Positions 19,778 to 28,685 are shown, numbered from the stretch's first letter. The stretch is DNA of 64,000 nt from an uncultured Gammaproteobacteria bacterium (GCA_964617045.1 CAZTVZ010000001.1:136763-200762); one strand, 5' to 3'. Notes: generated by a model not told the origin, from the sequence alone. Made by a program: numbers and translations.

Positions 19778-20275
19778 ATGGATAAAGATAACAAGAAAAT
19801 GACTGTCTTAGTAGATACAAGTTTTCTAATAACTTTGTATGACAAAACGAGACCTAATAATCCTACTGCGTTTAAGTATTTAAATTATTTTTTAGATAAT
19901 TTAATAGACATGTATTTATCAACAATTGTTATTTCAGAATATCAACAAATGCAACCTATTGTCGATATTATAAATTCAGGTAATTACATACCCATATCTT
20001 ATAACTACGAGGACGCTATCAAAACGGCCGAAATTGCCTACAATATTTCAGGCGAAAAACGTGGATCACGGGCAGAATTCAAAGACGATCTGAAACTTAT
20101 GGGTCAGGCAGAATTTAACAATATTACATTCATTATCACAGATGATGAAACAACCTTAGCCAAATACTGTGAAAGATTATCTGGTGCCAAGATGTTTAAA
20201 CCAAAAATTATAATTATGAGTAAGGGATTTGATTCTAGTATTTTCAATGATGGCCAAGCCTCACTAATTGAATAA
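19778..20275 (+). CDS. PIN-domain-like putative nuclease
   Basis: VLVDTSFLI start, with conserved acidic positions (D in LVDTS, E in VISEYQ, DD in FIITDDET) spaced as in PIN domains. Confidence 0.4.
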   Translation: MDKDNKKMTVLVDTSFLITLYDKTRPNNPTAFKYLNYFLDNLIDMYLSTIVISEYQQMQPIVDIINSGNYIPISYNYEDAIKTAEIAYNISGEKRGSRAEFKDDLKLMGQAEFNNITFIITDDETTLAKYCERLSGAKMFKPKIIIMSKGFDSSIFNDGQASLIE

Positions 20276-20287
20276 AAGCACTTTAAG

Positions 20288-20911
20288 TTAATATGGTGGC
20301 ATTATTTGGAAGTTTATATTTTTACAACGCTTAATAAAATATAGTCGATAGTTTTTTCTATCTTCTCTCAATCTTTTTTTATATTCTTCACAAGCTTGTT
20401 TAAAATCTTCAATTAGTCGTGCATTTATAATAAGTATCTTGTAAAGATTGCCACTTTTAAGAAATTTTATTCCGCAGGATTCTCTTTCAAGAGCAATTTT
20501 GTAATCTGATTCATTTCCAGAACCAATTACTGAAAAAGTTAATTTTTTGCCATTTTTTATCTTATATGTCTTTATTAGATATTCATGAGTTAAACCTGAA
20601 CGAATAATGTTATAGATACCATTACCAGTCGCTCTTTTTATCTTTGCAATTTCTTTCTGATAACCATGATTAAATAGCTGGTTAATAACAAAATTGAATC
20701 TTTGAGTGGCAGAGCCACGAACATCTTTGTATCGATAAAAACTGCCTAGTATTTCAATATAGTTAAAAATACCCAATGCTACCAAAAAGTTCGCTTGTGC
20801 ATTAATACTAGACCTCTTTAGATCTCCATACATCCAGCCCTGAACTGTACTAAACCTAGGAAAATACCTTTGATAATCAACGTGGTTTTCCTGGAAGGTT
20901 TCCAAATTCAT
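20288..20911 (-). CDS. Hypothetical protein (207 aa)
   Basis: ORF only. Confidence 0.4.
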   Translation of the reverse strand: MNLETFQENHVDYQRYFPRFSTVQGWMYGDLKRSSINAQANFLVALGIFNYIEILGSFYRYKDVRGSATQRFNFVINQLFNHGYQKEIAKIKRATGNGIYNIIRSGLTHEYLIKTYKIKNGKKLTFSVIGSGNESDYKIALERESCGIKFLKSGNLYKILIINARLIEDFKQACEEYKKRLREDRKNYRLYFIKRCKNINFQIMPPY

Positions 20912-20988
20912 GTTTCAACAACAATATATTCTAGAAAGCTACAAAAGTAAATCTGGCTAGAGACAACTAGTGCTTTATCCCTCAGTCT

Positions 20989-21081
20989 GTTCCATTGTGG
21001 ATGTTAAGCATTTTTAAACACCCCTCCCCACCCACTAGGACGTGCAATGATTACACAAATTGAGGTTAATTATTGAAGCAC
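20989..21081. repeat. Repeat A copy 1 (93 nt). 71 nt are identical to 24203-24273 and a 9-mer matches 24181-24189.
   Basis: Direct comparison: tttttaaacacccctccccacccactaggacgtgcaatgattacacaaattgaggttaattattgaagcac is present identically at both sites. Confidence 0.85.
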
Positions 21082-21112
21082 AGATTACAAGACTGTTACG
21101 GTTTTTAATAAA

Positions 21113-21511
21113 CTAATTTAGTAACTTGTCGGCAAGGTCCCTGATTACTTCTCCTTTTTTTGTTATCTTTACTATCATCTCATCTGTACTTTTCTTACTT
21201 AATTTTTTACCTTTTTCTTTTCTCGTAACTAATTCCCATAATTTCTTATATTCTTGAATTTCATTTGAAAGAATTATACTGTGTTTCTTAAATCTAGATA
21301 TCAAATAATCCAACCTATCAAAGTCCTTGTCATATAAAGTTCGGTATTTCATAGATTTCTCAGCTCGCTTGGTAATATCGTGAGTTTTAATATTTAACTC
21401 CATTATTTCTTTATATTTAATCTCGTTTAATTTTTGCCTTCTAAAAAATGCCAACGGAAGGATCGCAAGAACAATAGAATTTATAATTGTGAGAGCTTGA
21501 AAAATGTCCAT
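21113..21511 (-). CDS. Small membrane-anchored coiled-coil protein carried on a ~509-bp insertion between repeats A and B
   Basis: N-terminal TM segment (IINSIVLAILPLAFF) followed by a K/E-rich helical region. The flanking 9-mers ttgaagcac (21073-21081) and ttgaagtac (21582-21590) resemble a target-site duplication. Confidence 0.45.
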   Translation of the reverse strand: MDIFQALTIINSIVLAILPLAFFRRQKLNEIKYKEIMELNIKTHDITKRAEKSMKYRTLYDKDFDRLDYLISRFKKHSIILSNEIQEYKKLWELVTRKEKGKKLSKKSTDEMIVKITKKGEVIRDLADKLLN

Positions 21512-21590
21512 TCACAGATATTATACTTCAAATCACTCAAAATGATGGATTGTCGGAATCTAAAACTCATACATTTAACTTTTGAAGTAC

Positions 21591-21643
21591 TGGAATATGG
21601 CAAGACTCTTGAAGCTGTCTGTAATAAGTTTTAACATCACTTA
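21591..21643. repeat. Repeat B copy 1 (53 nt, about 81% identical to 24274-24326)
   Basis: tggaatatggcaagactcttgaagctgtctgtaataagttttaacatcactta aligns with tgggatataacaaggctcttgaagattgaggtaataagttctaacatcactta. Confidence 0.75.
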
Positions 21644-23488
21644 GATATCCCATCGGGCTATCTCTTCGGCCAGTCTTTTAAACTCACTGATAGCATTACG
21701 ACTCATGAAAGCATTGAGTTCAGAAATACTACTTGGGTAATAATTTAATTGGAGCTTGTCGATAGATAACTTTTCCCCTTCCTTCAATGAACTATTTATG
21801 TAATCATCAATCGATCCAATTCCCAATAACCACACATTCTGCTTTCTAAAAATAGTTCTAATTTTACCAATCTGAAAGTCTTTAATAACTTTTAACAAAC
21901 CAGATTTCCGTTCATAGACATACTTTTCAATCAATTTCTTATAACGCATTTGGTATAGTTTTTTGTCATCCTCGGTTAACGTACCTTGATTAAAAATTTT
22001 ATTAACTAATTTGAAAAAAGTGGTCTTAACTTCACTGTTAAGTGAAAATGTCCTTATTCCACTTTCTTTATCGTCAAGTCTCACCATTTTTCTCTTAAGG
22101 GTATTTACAGATCTAACAAATTCTTTACCGAAAAAATCAAAATCTGTTTCTTGTAAAAAGAAGTCTAAATCTACTACAAAAAAATAGTCTGTTCCTAGGT
22201 CTTTAGATAAGTCATACAGACTATGCATATATGCTTTTCCATAGCCCGCAACTATCTCTATATTTCTTTGATCCAAACTCATTTTGTTTAAGTGCTTCGA
22301 TAGAACTCCCAACGTCCTTTCAAAAAATATTTTATCTGTCGTTGATTCGACAGCTATTATTTTTCTACAAAAAAATATTTCGGGAAATGTAAGATATTTT
22401 TGTAATAATCTTTTATTCTGTAGTTTGACATGTCTCGTAAAAGTGTCTGATGTTTTTAGCAATTTTATACAATCGACTTTCGTCCACCTGATAAAAAATG
22501 TGGAGTGTGTTGCAATCAAGACTTGAACACCACGATGTGATAACTTCTTAATTTTAGAAATTACAAATGGCAATTGGGAATAATTTAAGTGCAACTCAGG
22601 TTCGTCAATTATCACAATCGAGGGCCCGACTTCTTCTATTGTTTCAAAAAAAACATTAAGGTTGTTTAGTTGTTGTTCACCAGAGCTTGCCTTTTGAATA
22701 TCTTTCCCTTTCCCATCCAAAATCATACGTGACATTTCTGGATTTCCATCATATACATATCTATAGTCGTCACTTTTTGACAGGTTGTTAATTATTGTTG
22801 TAGAATCTTCGACAACCTTGTTAAAATGCCTACTCATCGCTTTTTTGTTTTCCAAGGTTTTGAATAATATGCTTTTAAAATCAGCGTAGTTGTAAGCTAA
22901 TGACTTAATTCTTAATTTTTGTAATATTTTTCTCGCATCTAAATCTCGTGATTGATAAACATAATATATATCGTTATCAACCCTAACCAAAACTCGTTCG
23001 TTATGACTACTTCCAGACCCGATAAGTACTAATAAAAATTTTACCTTTGAATTCTTCATGTCATGCAGTTTAAGAAGACCCTCCCTTACTATTGGTTTGT
23101 CTCTGGTGTCGTCAACCAAAATCTTCTTAATGTCGACCATGCAATTTTCGTTATTTTTTGTCAAAGCGCACACCATAGTATCAGACCATACATCTTTTAA
23201 AAAACTGCTATTCAACTCAACTTCTGATGTCTCGAAAACTATATAGGGAACTTTACTGTGGTCTTCGGAGTAATATGAGCTGAACAAATTAGTCACAGAG
23301 AAAAAGTTCTTATTTCCAAGAAAATTGCCATCCAAAAAATAGGCCATTATTTGCAATAAAGTACTTTTCCCTACAGCATTCGGCCCAACGAAGATATTTA
23401 GATTTGAAGTAAGATCTACTTCGAAATCTTTAAAGCACCTTATACCATCAACAAAGATTCTTGATATGTAAGTGGAATTCAAATTCAT
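21641..23488 (-). CDS. OLD-family nuclease: ABC-type ATPase with a C-terminal TOPRIM domain (a fused PARIS AriA/AriB-like architecture is also possible)
   Basis: Walker A GPNAVGKST. Signature-like SSGEQQ. Walker B IVIIDEPELHL. H-loop LIATHS. TOPRIM glutamate in IIAVESTTDKIFFERTL and the DxD in FFVVDLDF. 615 aa. Confidence 0.75.
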   Translation of the reverse strand: MNLNSTYISRIFVDGIRCFKDFEVDLTSNLNIFVGPNAVGKSTLLQIMAYFLDGNFLGNKNFFSVTNLFSSYYSEDHSKVPYIVFETSEVELNSSFLKDVWSDTMVCALTKNNENCMVDIKKILVDDTRDKPIVREGLLKLHDMKNSKVKFLLVLIGSGSSHNERVLVRVDNDIYYVYQSRDLDARKILQKLRIKSLAYNYADFKSILFKTLENKKAMSRHFNKVVEDSTTIINNLSKSDDYRYVYDGNPEMSRMILDGKGKDIQKASSGEQQLNNLNVFFETIEEVGPSIVIIDEPELHLNYSQLPFVISKIKKLSHRGVQVLIATHSTFFIRWTKVDCIKLLKTSDTFTRHVKLQNKRLLQKYLTFPEIFFCRKIIAVESTTDKIFFERTLGVLSKHLNKMSLDQRNIEIVAGYGKAYMHSLYDLSKDLGTDYFFVVDLDFFLQETDFDFFGKEFVRSVNTLKRKMVRLDDKESGIRTFSLNSEVKTTFFKLVNKIFNQGTLTEDDKKLYQMRYKKLIEKYVYERKSGLLKVIKDFQIGKIRTIFRKQNVWLLGIGSIDDYINSSLKEGEKLSIDKLQLNYYPSSISELNAFMSRNAISEFKRLAEEIARWDI

Positions 23489-23537
23489 AAAACAGGCTTA
23501 TTTTAGTTCACCCCAGATTAAGAAGCAATCAAGGAGC

Positions 23538-24107
23538 CTATTTTGATTTTACTATGATAAAGGAAAGTCCTCCAACATATTTGTCTTTAATTCTCTGATA
23601 CTCAGTATTGCCACCCATTACTTCTCCGTCATCTTCAAATCTGGGATTTTCCACCAATGCCATGAAATGTCCACGATTCTCTTCATTCTTTCTTCTTAAC
23701 ATCGTAACAGCAGTGGAAATTCCAGGCACAGGTCTAACCCACCCATCTTCTGAATCAATAATTGGAACCTGATCTTCTACTGGTATTCCCCCTCTAATGT
23801 GTTCTATTGATTGGTCAGTATGGTTAATAATGTGATCTACTTTAAGTCCTAATTCTGGTTCAAATCTTTTGACTTCGCTTATAAACTCACCCACCTTAAC
23901 TCCCTTACCAAGCTTTAAACCTTGTTTGATTTTCGTCTCAATAGATTTTGGTAAAAGTCTATCGGGATAGAGATAATTGAAACAACTGATCAGAGAATAA
24001 TAGAAACACCCATCACCCAAATCATGAGTTTCTTTTACAAAATTACTTAATCTATCTCTTTGCATTACTCCAATAGCTCTTTCAAGCAATGGTCTATCCA
24101 TGGACAT
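23538..24107 (-). CDS. Hypothetical 189-aa protein, first gene of the OLD operon. Possibly a papain-fold/OTU-like cysteine peptidase.
   Basis: LGDGCFYYSLISC resembles the OTU Cys-box and RGHFMALVE the His-box. Weak motif-level evidence only. Confidence 0.35.
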   Translation of the reverse strand: MSMDRPLLERAIGVMQRDRLSNFVKETHDLGDGCFYYSLISCFNYLYPDRLLPKSIETKIKQGLKLGKGVKVGEFISEVKRFEPELGLKVDHIINHTDQSIEHIRGGIPVEDQVPIIDSEDGWVRPVPGISTAVTMLRRKNEENRGHFMALVENPRFEDDGEVMGGNTEYQRIKDKYVGGLSFIIVKSK

Positions 24108-24180
24108 ATTTTAACTCGCACCATTATGAGAGGCAATCTGCTCTACAACTAGGCAAGTCTAGTACTTTACTCCGCGTTTG

Positions 24181-24273
24181 GTTCCATTGGGAGTCCCAGG
24201 CGTTTTTAAACACCCCTCCCCACCCACTAGGACGTGCAATGATTACACAAATTGAGGTTAATTATTGAAGCAC
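24181..24273. repeat. Repeat A copy 2
   Basis: See repeat A copy 1. Here A is directly contiguous with B. Confidence 0.85.
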
Positions 24274-24326
24274 TGGGATATAACAAGGCTCTTGAAGATT
24301 GAGGTAATAAGTTCTAACATCACTTA
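24274..24326. repeat. Repeat B copy 2
   Basis: See repeat B copy 1. Confidence 0.75.
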
Positions 24327-24353
24327 CGACTTTCTGCAAAAAAGCTTTAGGGT

Positions 24354-24824
24354 GTGTATTATAGAATAATGGAACCAACAAGAATTCCTACTATCGAAAA
24401 AGTTAAATTGTTCCTTGAGGAATATGGATGGCATTTTAGGGAAATTGTTTCTGAAAATAAAACCTCTTTAATTTCACCTTATACTTTGGAGGGAGAAAAT
24501 AAAGGAGTTTTGATTAGTTTTAAAATCGAAGGCGAATTTGTTATGGTATCGACTGTAGACTTTCTTAAAAATATCCCAGATAGCTTTACAATAAACCTTC
24601 TTTCATTAAACGATAAGTTGAAACTAATAAAAATATTTGTCACCAGCCAAAATGGAGATAATACCGTAAATGCAGATGTTGGTTTTGAACTTTGGGATAA
24701 TTCTTGGAATAAAGAAGGATTTTTCTCATTTATGGACATGCTTTGTTTAGGAATTGAAAAAACAATCGAAATGGTTTCAACTGAAAACATTCCCCATCAA
24801 ACAAATTTTGTTACATTCTCCTAA
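24354..24824 (+). CDS. Hypothetical protein, possibly YbjN-like (putative sensory-transduction regulator fold)
   Basis: The size (~156 aa) and an alternating beta-rich pattern are reminiscent of YbjN/T3SS-chaperone-like proteins. Weak. Confidence 0.3.
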   Translation: MYYRIMEPTRIPTIEKVKLFLEEYGWHFREIVSENKTSLISPYTLEGENKGVLISFKIEGEFVMVSTVDFLKNIPDSFTINLLSLNDKLKLIKIFVTSQNGDNTVNADVGFELWDNSWNKEGFFSFMDMLCLGIEKTIEMVSTENIPHQTNFVTFS

Positions 24825-24949
24825 CTTAATAAGTTCTTAACAAAGTTAGCTAACCCCTGCTAAAACCACACTTGGGAGAGGGTTGGTTGGGTACTTCAAC
24901 ACATACTAAACTGTTGACTTTATTAATTGATAATTGAGATACTAATCTG

Positions 24950-25741
24950 ATGAGTATTGATAATCAGAATCAATCTTCTGGACTACCAATAAATCAAAGT
25001 TTTCCCAATAGTAACGGTGACAATTCTACGCAACCAAATGCACCTCAACCTATGCCTTTCCCTCAACAAACAGACTCCTTTTCGGTGTCTCCACAAGTGC
25101 AACCACAAGACCCAACCATTCAAAAAGATATATCAAAATCAAAAATTAATAAAATAATTATTTTATTAATAATCTTATGTTGTGTTGGTCTCTTTGCATA
25201 CTTTGGATTTTTTCACAAGTCCACCCGCGTCTCCACGCCTCAACCGACAGATACCGAGGATGTTAACAACAATACCAATATTGCTCCCCCTGTAGATAGT
25301 TCTTGTAAAATTTTTTGGGTTGATCCTATTCTTCCGGAAGAAGGAAATATCGAGCCACTTTTTCTACGTACAACAAATAGTGAAATAGCAACCGGATTTG
25401 AGGCGATCATTAGAAGAAGTGTTCAAAACAATGTATTAACCATTGATGTGGTAACCAATCTACTTCCAGAAACACACTCCCCATACTATCTATGGGCCGT
25501 TGCAACTGGTCAAAACGATTCAATCTGTATCCAAAACAATATTGGCCAATTGGAAAAAATTGGCGAAGAAGGTCCTTGGGGAGCAGGACCATTTACAATA
25601 CCTGTTGAAAATGTGAATGACGCACAAATTTTCTTGATTACTACTAACGGAAAAGGTTCAAACGCTACAGATAAAATAGAATCTTTGTCTGATCCAAACA
25701 TAGTTCTTTGGGGTGCCTACAAAGACAACCAACAGCCCTAA
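24950..25741 (+). CDS. Membrane-anchored protein with a low-complexity Q/P/N-rich N-terminus, one TM segment and an extracytoplasmic domain
   Basis: Hydrophobic segment KIIILLIILCCVGLFAYFGFF. PT-rich linker. Confidence 0.4.
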   Translation: MSIDNQNQSSGLPINQSFPNSNGDNSTQPNAPQPMPFPQQTDSFSVSPQVQPQDPTIQKDISKSKINKIIILLIILCCVGLFAYFGFFHKSTRVSTPQPTDTEDVNNNTNIAPPVDSSCKIFWVDPILPEEGNIEPLFLRTTNSEIATGFEAIIRRSVQNNVLTIDVVTNLLPETHSPYYLWAVATGQNDSICIQNNIGQLEKIGEEGPWGAGPFTIPVENVNDAQIFLITTNGKGSNATDKIESLSDPNIVLWGAYKDNQQP

Positions 25742-25794
25742 TTTCAATAGAAATTCCCGATATTGTTTACAGGTTTCTACAGAAAATTGAAAAA

Positions 25795-26799
25795 TTACCT
25801 GTTTCTTTTCATTCGTCTCTCTTCGAAATACTCGTTTCGCATTAATTGATTGTGGATCTTCAACAAAGCGTGATACTCTATCTGCCTTACTCTTTCTCTG
25901 GTCAAGTTAAACATCTTGGCCGTTTCTTCCAATGTGTGTTTTTCGTGATCCAAATATCCAACTCTGTACAAAAATATTGTTGCATTTCTGGGATTTTTGT
26001 AAAAAATATCGTTAACCATTTTGACAATGTAATCGGCATATTCTTTTTCTTCCATGATAACTTCCTGGTTTTTCTTGCTATCCGGAATAAAGTCGGCAAA
26101 CACACTTTCTTTGTCCCCGACCGGTTCATCAAGATCGAGTACCATATTCTTGGCGTATTTAAGTTTTTTAACGTATTTGAGAGGCTTTCCCAACTCTTGC
26201 GCAATTTCTTCGTTTGTCGGCTCCGTTCCGTTAATAAGTGTCTGTCTTACAGTCATCTTGTTCATTTTTATCAAATTATCATGAACATTGGCCGGATATC
26301 GGATTATTCTCGAGTAGTTGGCCATTGCTCTTCTTATACTTTGTTCTATCCACCATGTGGCGTGAGTGGTAAATCGATTGCCCAAGGAATAATCGTATTT
26401 TCTTGCCGCAATTACCATTCCATACATTCCTTCCTGAATTAAGTCTTCAAAGGGCAAACCTTTTCCTACATATTTTTTGGCAATATTAACCACCAAACGC
26501 TGGTGGGCATCCATAAGTTGACTCATTGCCTCTCTTGCATCTTCATTGAAATCTTCTTTTTTGGCACCAATGATATCCCCTTTTCTTTCAAACAACATTC
26601 CGTTTTTAATCCTTTTTCCCAACTCAATTTCCTCTTCAAGGGTAAGATATGTGCCGTTTTCGGGAGCGCGGGCTTCCGCAAGCATCAACTTGATAGGATC
26701 TGTGGGTACATTTTCATATCTGTCTTTACCGTTTTTTCTGGACGGTAAATCGAAATCGGCAGGGATTCTGTTTTCTGGGAGTCTTTCGGTCATATGCAA
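25795..26799 (-). CDS. RNA polymerase sigma-70 family factor (regions 1.2, 2, 3, 4). Possibly the primary sigma factor.
   Basis: Region 2.4: TTHATWWIEQSIRRAMANYSRIIRYP. Region 3: EEIAQELGKPLKYVKKL. Region 4.2 HTH: TLEETAKMFNLTRERVRQIEYHALLKI. Confidence 0.85.
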   Translation of the reverse strand: MHMTERLPENRIPADFDLPSRKNGKDRYENVPTDPIKLMLAEARAPENGTYLTLEEEIELGKRIKNGMLFERKGDIIGAKKEDFNEDAREAMSQLMDAHQRLVVNIAKKYVGKGLPFEDLIQEGMYGMVIAARKYDYSLGNRFTTHATWWIEQSIRRAMANYSRIIRYPANVHDNLIKMNKMTVRQTLINGTEPTNEEIAQELGKPLKYVKKLKYAKNMVLDLDEPVGDKESVFADFIPDSKKNQEVIMEEKEYADYIVKMVNDIFYKNPRNATIFLYRVGYLDHEKHTLEETAKMFNLTRERVRQIEYHALLKIHNQLMRNEYFEERRMKRNR

Positions 26800-26822
26800 A
26801 AATAACTTGGTGATTTTATCAC

Positions 26823-27416
26823 CTACTTATCCTTGCGCACAATCAGATTTCTCAGAGGTTCTTCGAAGCATCCTTTTTGAAAGCTATTATTGATAACAAT
26901 TTTATCTGCAATATCCAACAATTGATCGGCATTTCTTTCGACAAATACTCCGTTAATGTTTAGTGAATGCATATCATGTCTTGAACACACAATTTCGACC
27001 CAGTATATTTTTCTCCCGGATAGTTCAGCTGTTGCTCTTAACATATTTCTGTACTCCAGTTTCGAAAAAGTTGCATCTAAGATTACGGAAGAATCATTTG
27101 CTAAAATCTTCGTTGTTTCTTTAAACATTTCTTCATACGCAGCTTTGGAATGCCACTCCTGGTATTGAGAGGAAGCAAATAACCTTCTTCGATAGATATC
27201 ACTACTCAAAATGGGGACGTTGATGTTCTTTGCTAATTCTTCGGCAAAAGTAGTTTTTCCGACCCCTGCTTTCCCGATAACCGCAATTATCGAAGGATAA
27301 GAGATATCGATGCTGGAGGGTCTTTCCCTGGATTTGATACTGAATTTTTCGATACTCATCTTGAGATTACTTAAAATATCGCATAATAAATAATATTCAA
27401 TAGACGCAATTGACAT
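26823..27416 (-). CDS. P-loop NTPase/kinase (AAA_33-like)
   Basis: Walker A GKAGVGKTT. Walker B-like VILDAT. Confidence 0.55.
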   Translation of the reverse strand: MSIASIEYYLLCDILSNLKMSIEKFSIKSRERPSSIDISYPSIIAVIGKAGVGKTTFAEELAKNINVPILSSDIYRRRLFASSQYQEWHSKAAYEEMFKETTKILANDSSVILDATFSKLEYRNMLRATAELSGRKIYWVEIVCSRHDMHSLNINGVFVERNADQLLDIADKIVINNSFQKGCFEEPLRNLIVRKDK

Positions 27417-27444
27417 TCTTAGGCTTCATGCCTCATATTTAGTT

Positions 27445-28089
27445 GTGACCAAAAAAGGATCAGTGTTGGCGATAATTTTGATAATAGTTGCAATCTCGCT
27501 TGCGGGTGTAGGAGGATTTTTTGCAAAAGATGCGATTAAGCAAATTGCAGAGGCAGACAAAAAAACCGGAGGTATGGAAAACTTAAACGAAAAAGAGATT
27601 TTTTCCAGCTCAACCCCCACCCCTACTCCGATTAAAACCACAAAGACATATGTAAACGACAATCCAAAATTTTCAGTTGAAATTAAAAACGATTTAATCG
27701 AAAAGAAAAGCACCGACAGAAACGGATACACAAGTATCCTATTCGAAAGTCCAGATTACAAAATGGATGAACCGGAGAACGGCTACCCAACAGTAAAATC
27801 CGGATATACAGTTAGTGTCTACGCAGAAAGTGCAAATTCGAATCTTCAGGGAGAATTTGACAACAAACCAATTTATAAAGAGGCGGGTCAAAATATTAAA
27901 AATATAAAAGTCGATAACAGGGACGCTTTACAGTTTGATTTTGGTTACGAAGGAGTAATTTCAGTTACAACCATGGTTGTTAAAGACGAACTTCTTTACA
28001 CCATAGATATGAGATATTCATACGAAGAAGGAAAAGATAAATATTTTGGGGAATACACAAAAATAATTGAATCTTTTAAGTTCCTTTAA
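27445..28089 (+). CDS. Membrane-anchored or secreted hypothetical protein
   Basis: N-terminal TM/signal segment, TPTPTP linker, then a beta-rich domain. Confidence 0.4.
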   Translation: MTKKGSVLAIILIIVAISLAGVGGFFAKDAIKQIAEADKKTGGMENLNEKEIFSSSTPTPTPIKTTKTYVNDNPKFSVEIKNDLIEKKSTDRNGYTSILFESPDYKMDEPENGYPTVKSGYTVSVYAESANSNLQGEFDNKPIYKEAGQNIKNIKVDNRDALQFDFGYEGVISVTTMVVKDELLYTIDMRYSYEEGKDKYFGEYTKIIESFKFL

Positions 28090-28685
28090 CCTCGAATCAT
28101 ATCCAAATCTTCAGGCCAGGTTTCTTCTTTTTCGGTTAAGATAAACATTGTGTGATAATCCCTTTCGTATCTGGTTTCACCCGTGAGCGGATTTACTATT
28201 TCATTTTCATCCCACCATCTGTCTTCAAATTCTAAAATATGAAATATTCTGTCGGTTCCCGCAAACCTGGCATACGGATCTGCCAACATAATAATGTTGT
28301 TTACCGTATCTATGTATGTAACAACTGCATAGTGGCCGTTATCGTCGTCCGAATCTTCATAAAATACACCTTGCCATTCTATTCCCACCGGGTGTTTGTA
28401 TTGACGAACCGCTCGGACAAGATCGCTTAGACTTGAATTGTGTTTGTACCAAAACTGCATGTCAGGAAGAAGAATACTTACTGCATGAGCCATTTCCTTA
28501 ATAAACATTCCATGGGTTTGAAGTTTTTGCCGTATATCAACTGCATCAACAAATGCTTCCTGATCAATATCTCGACCGGCATTCGAAGCAAGCATTTCAA
28601 GAACTGCAGGACCACAATGTGCATTTGTAACCTGCGCAATTCTTCTTAACTCAGGAAAATATTGGCTACTGAAGAGTTTTGGCAT
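28086..28685 (-). CDS. Papain-fold C39-like cysteine peptidase domain protein
   Basis: QVTNAHCGPAVLEMLASNAG matches the C39-like Q...CG.A.L.M.L..G motif. A downstream His sits in DDNGHYAVVTY. Confidence 0.5.
   Translation of the reverse strand: MPKLFSSQYFPELRRIAQVTNAHCGPAVLEMLASNAGRDIDQEAFVDAVDIRQKLQTHGMFIKEMAHAVSILLPDMQFWYKHNSSLSDLVRAVRQYKHPVGIEWQGVFYEDSDDDNGHYAVVTYIDTVNNIIMLADPYARFAGTDRIFHILEFEDRWWDENEIVNPLTGETRYERDYHTMFILTEKEETWPEDLDMIRG

Noticed and set aside
24841-24880. Possible attR direct repeat of the tRNA-Trp 3' end (7-nt match cccctgc at ~24855)
   Set aside because: Too short to be meaningful. Large serine recombinases do not generate long direct repeats, so the absence of an attR repeat does not argue against integration.
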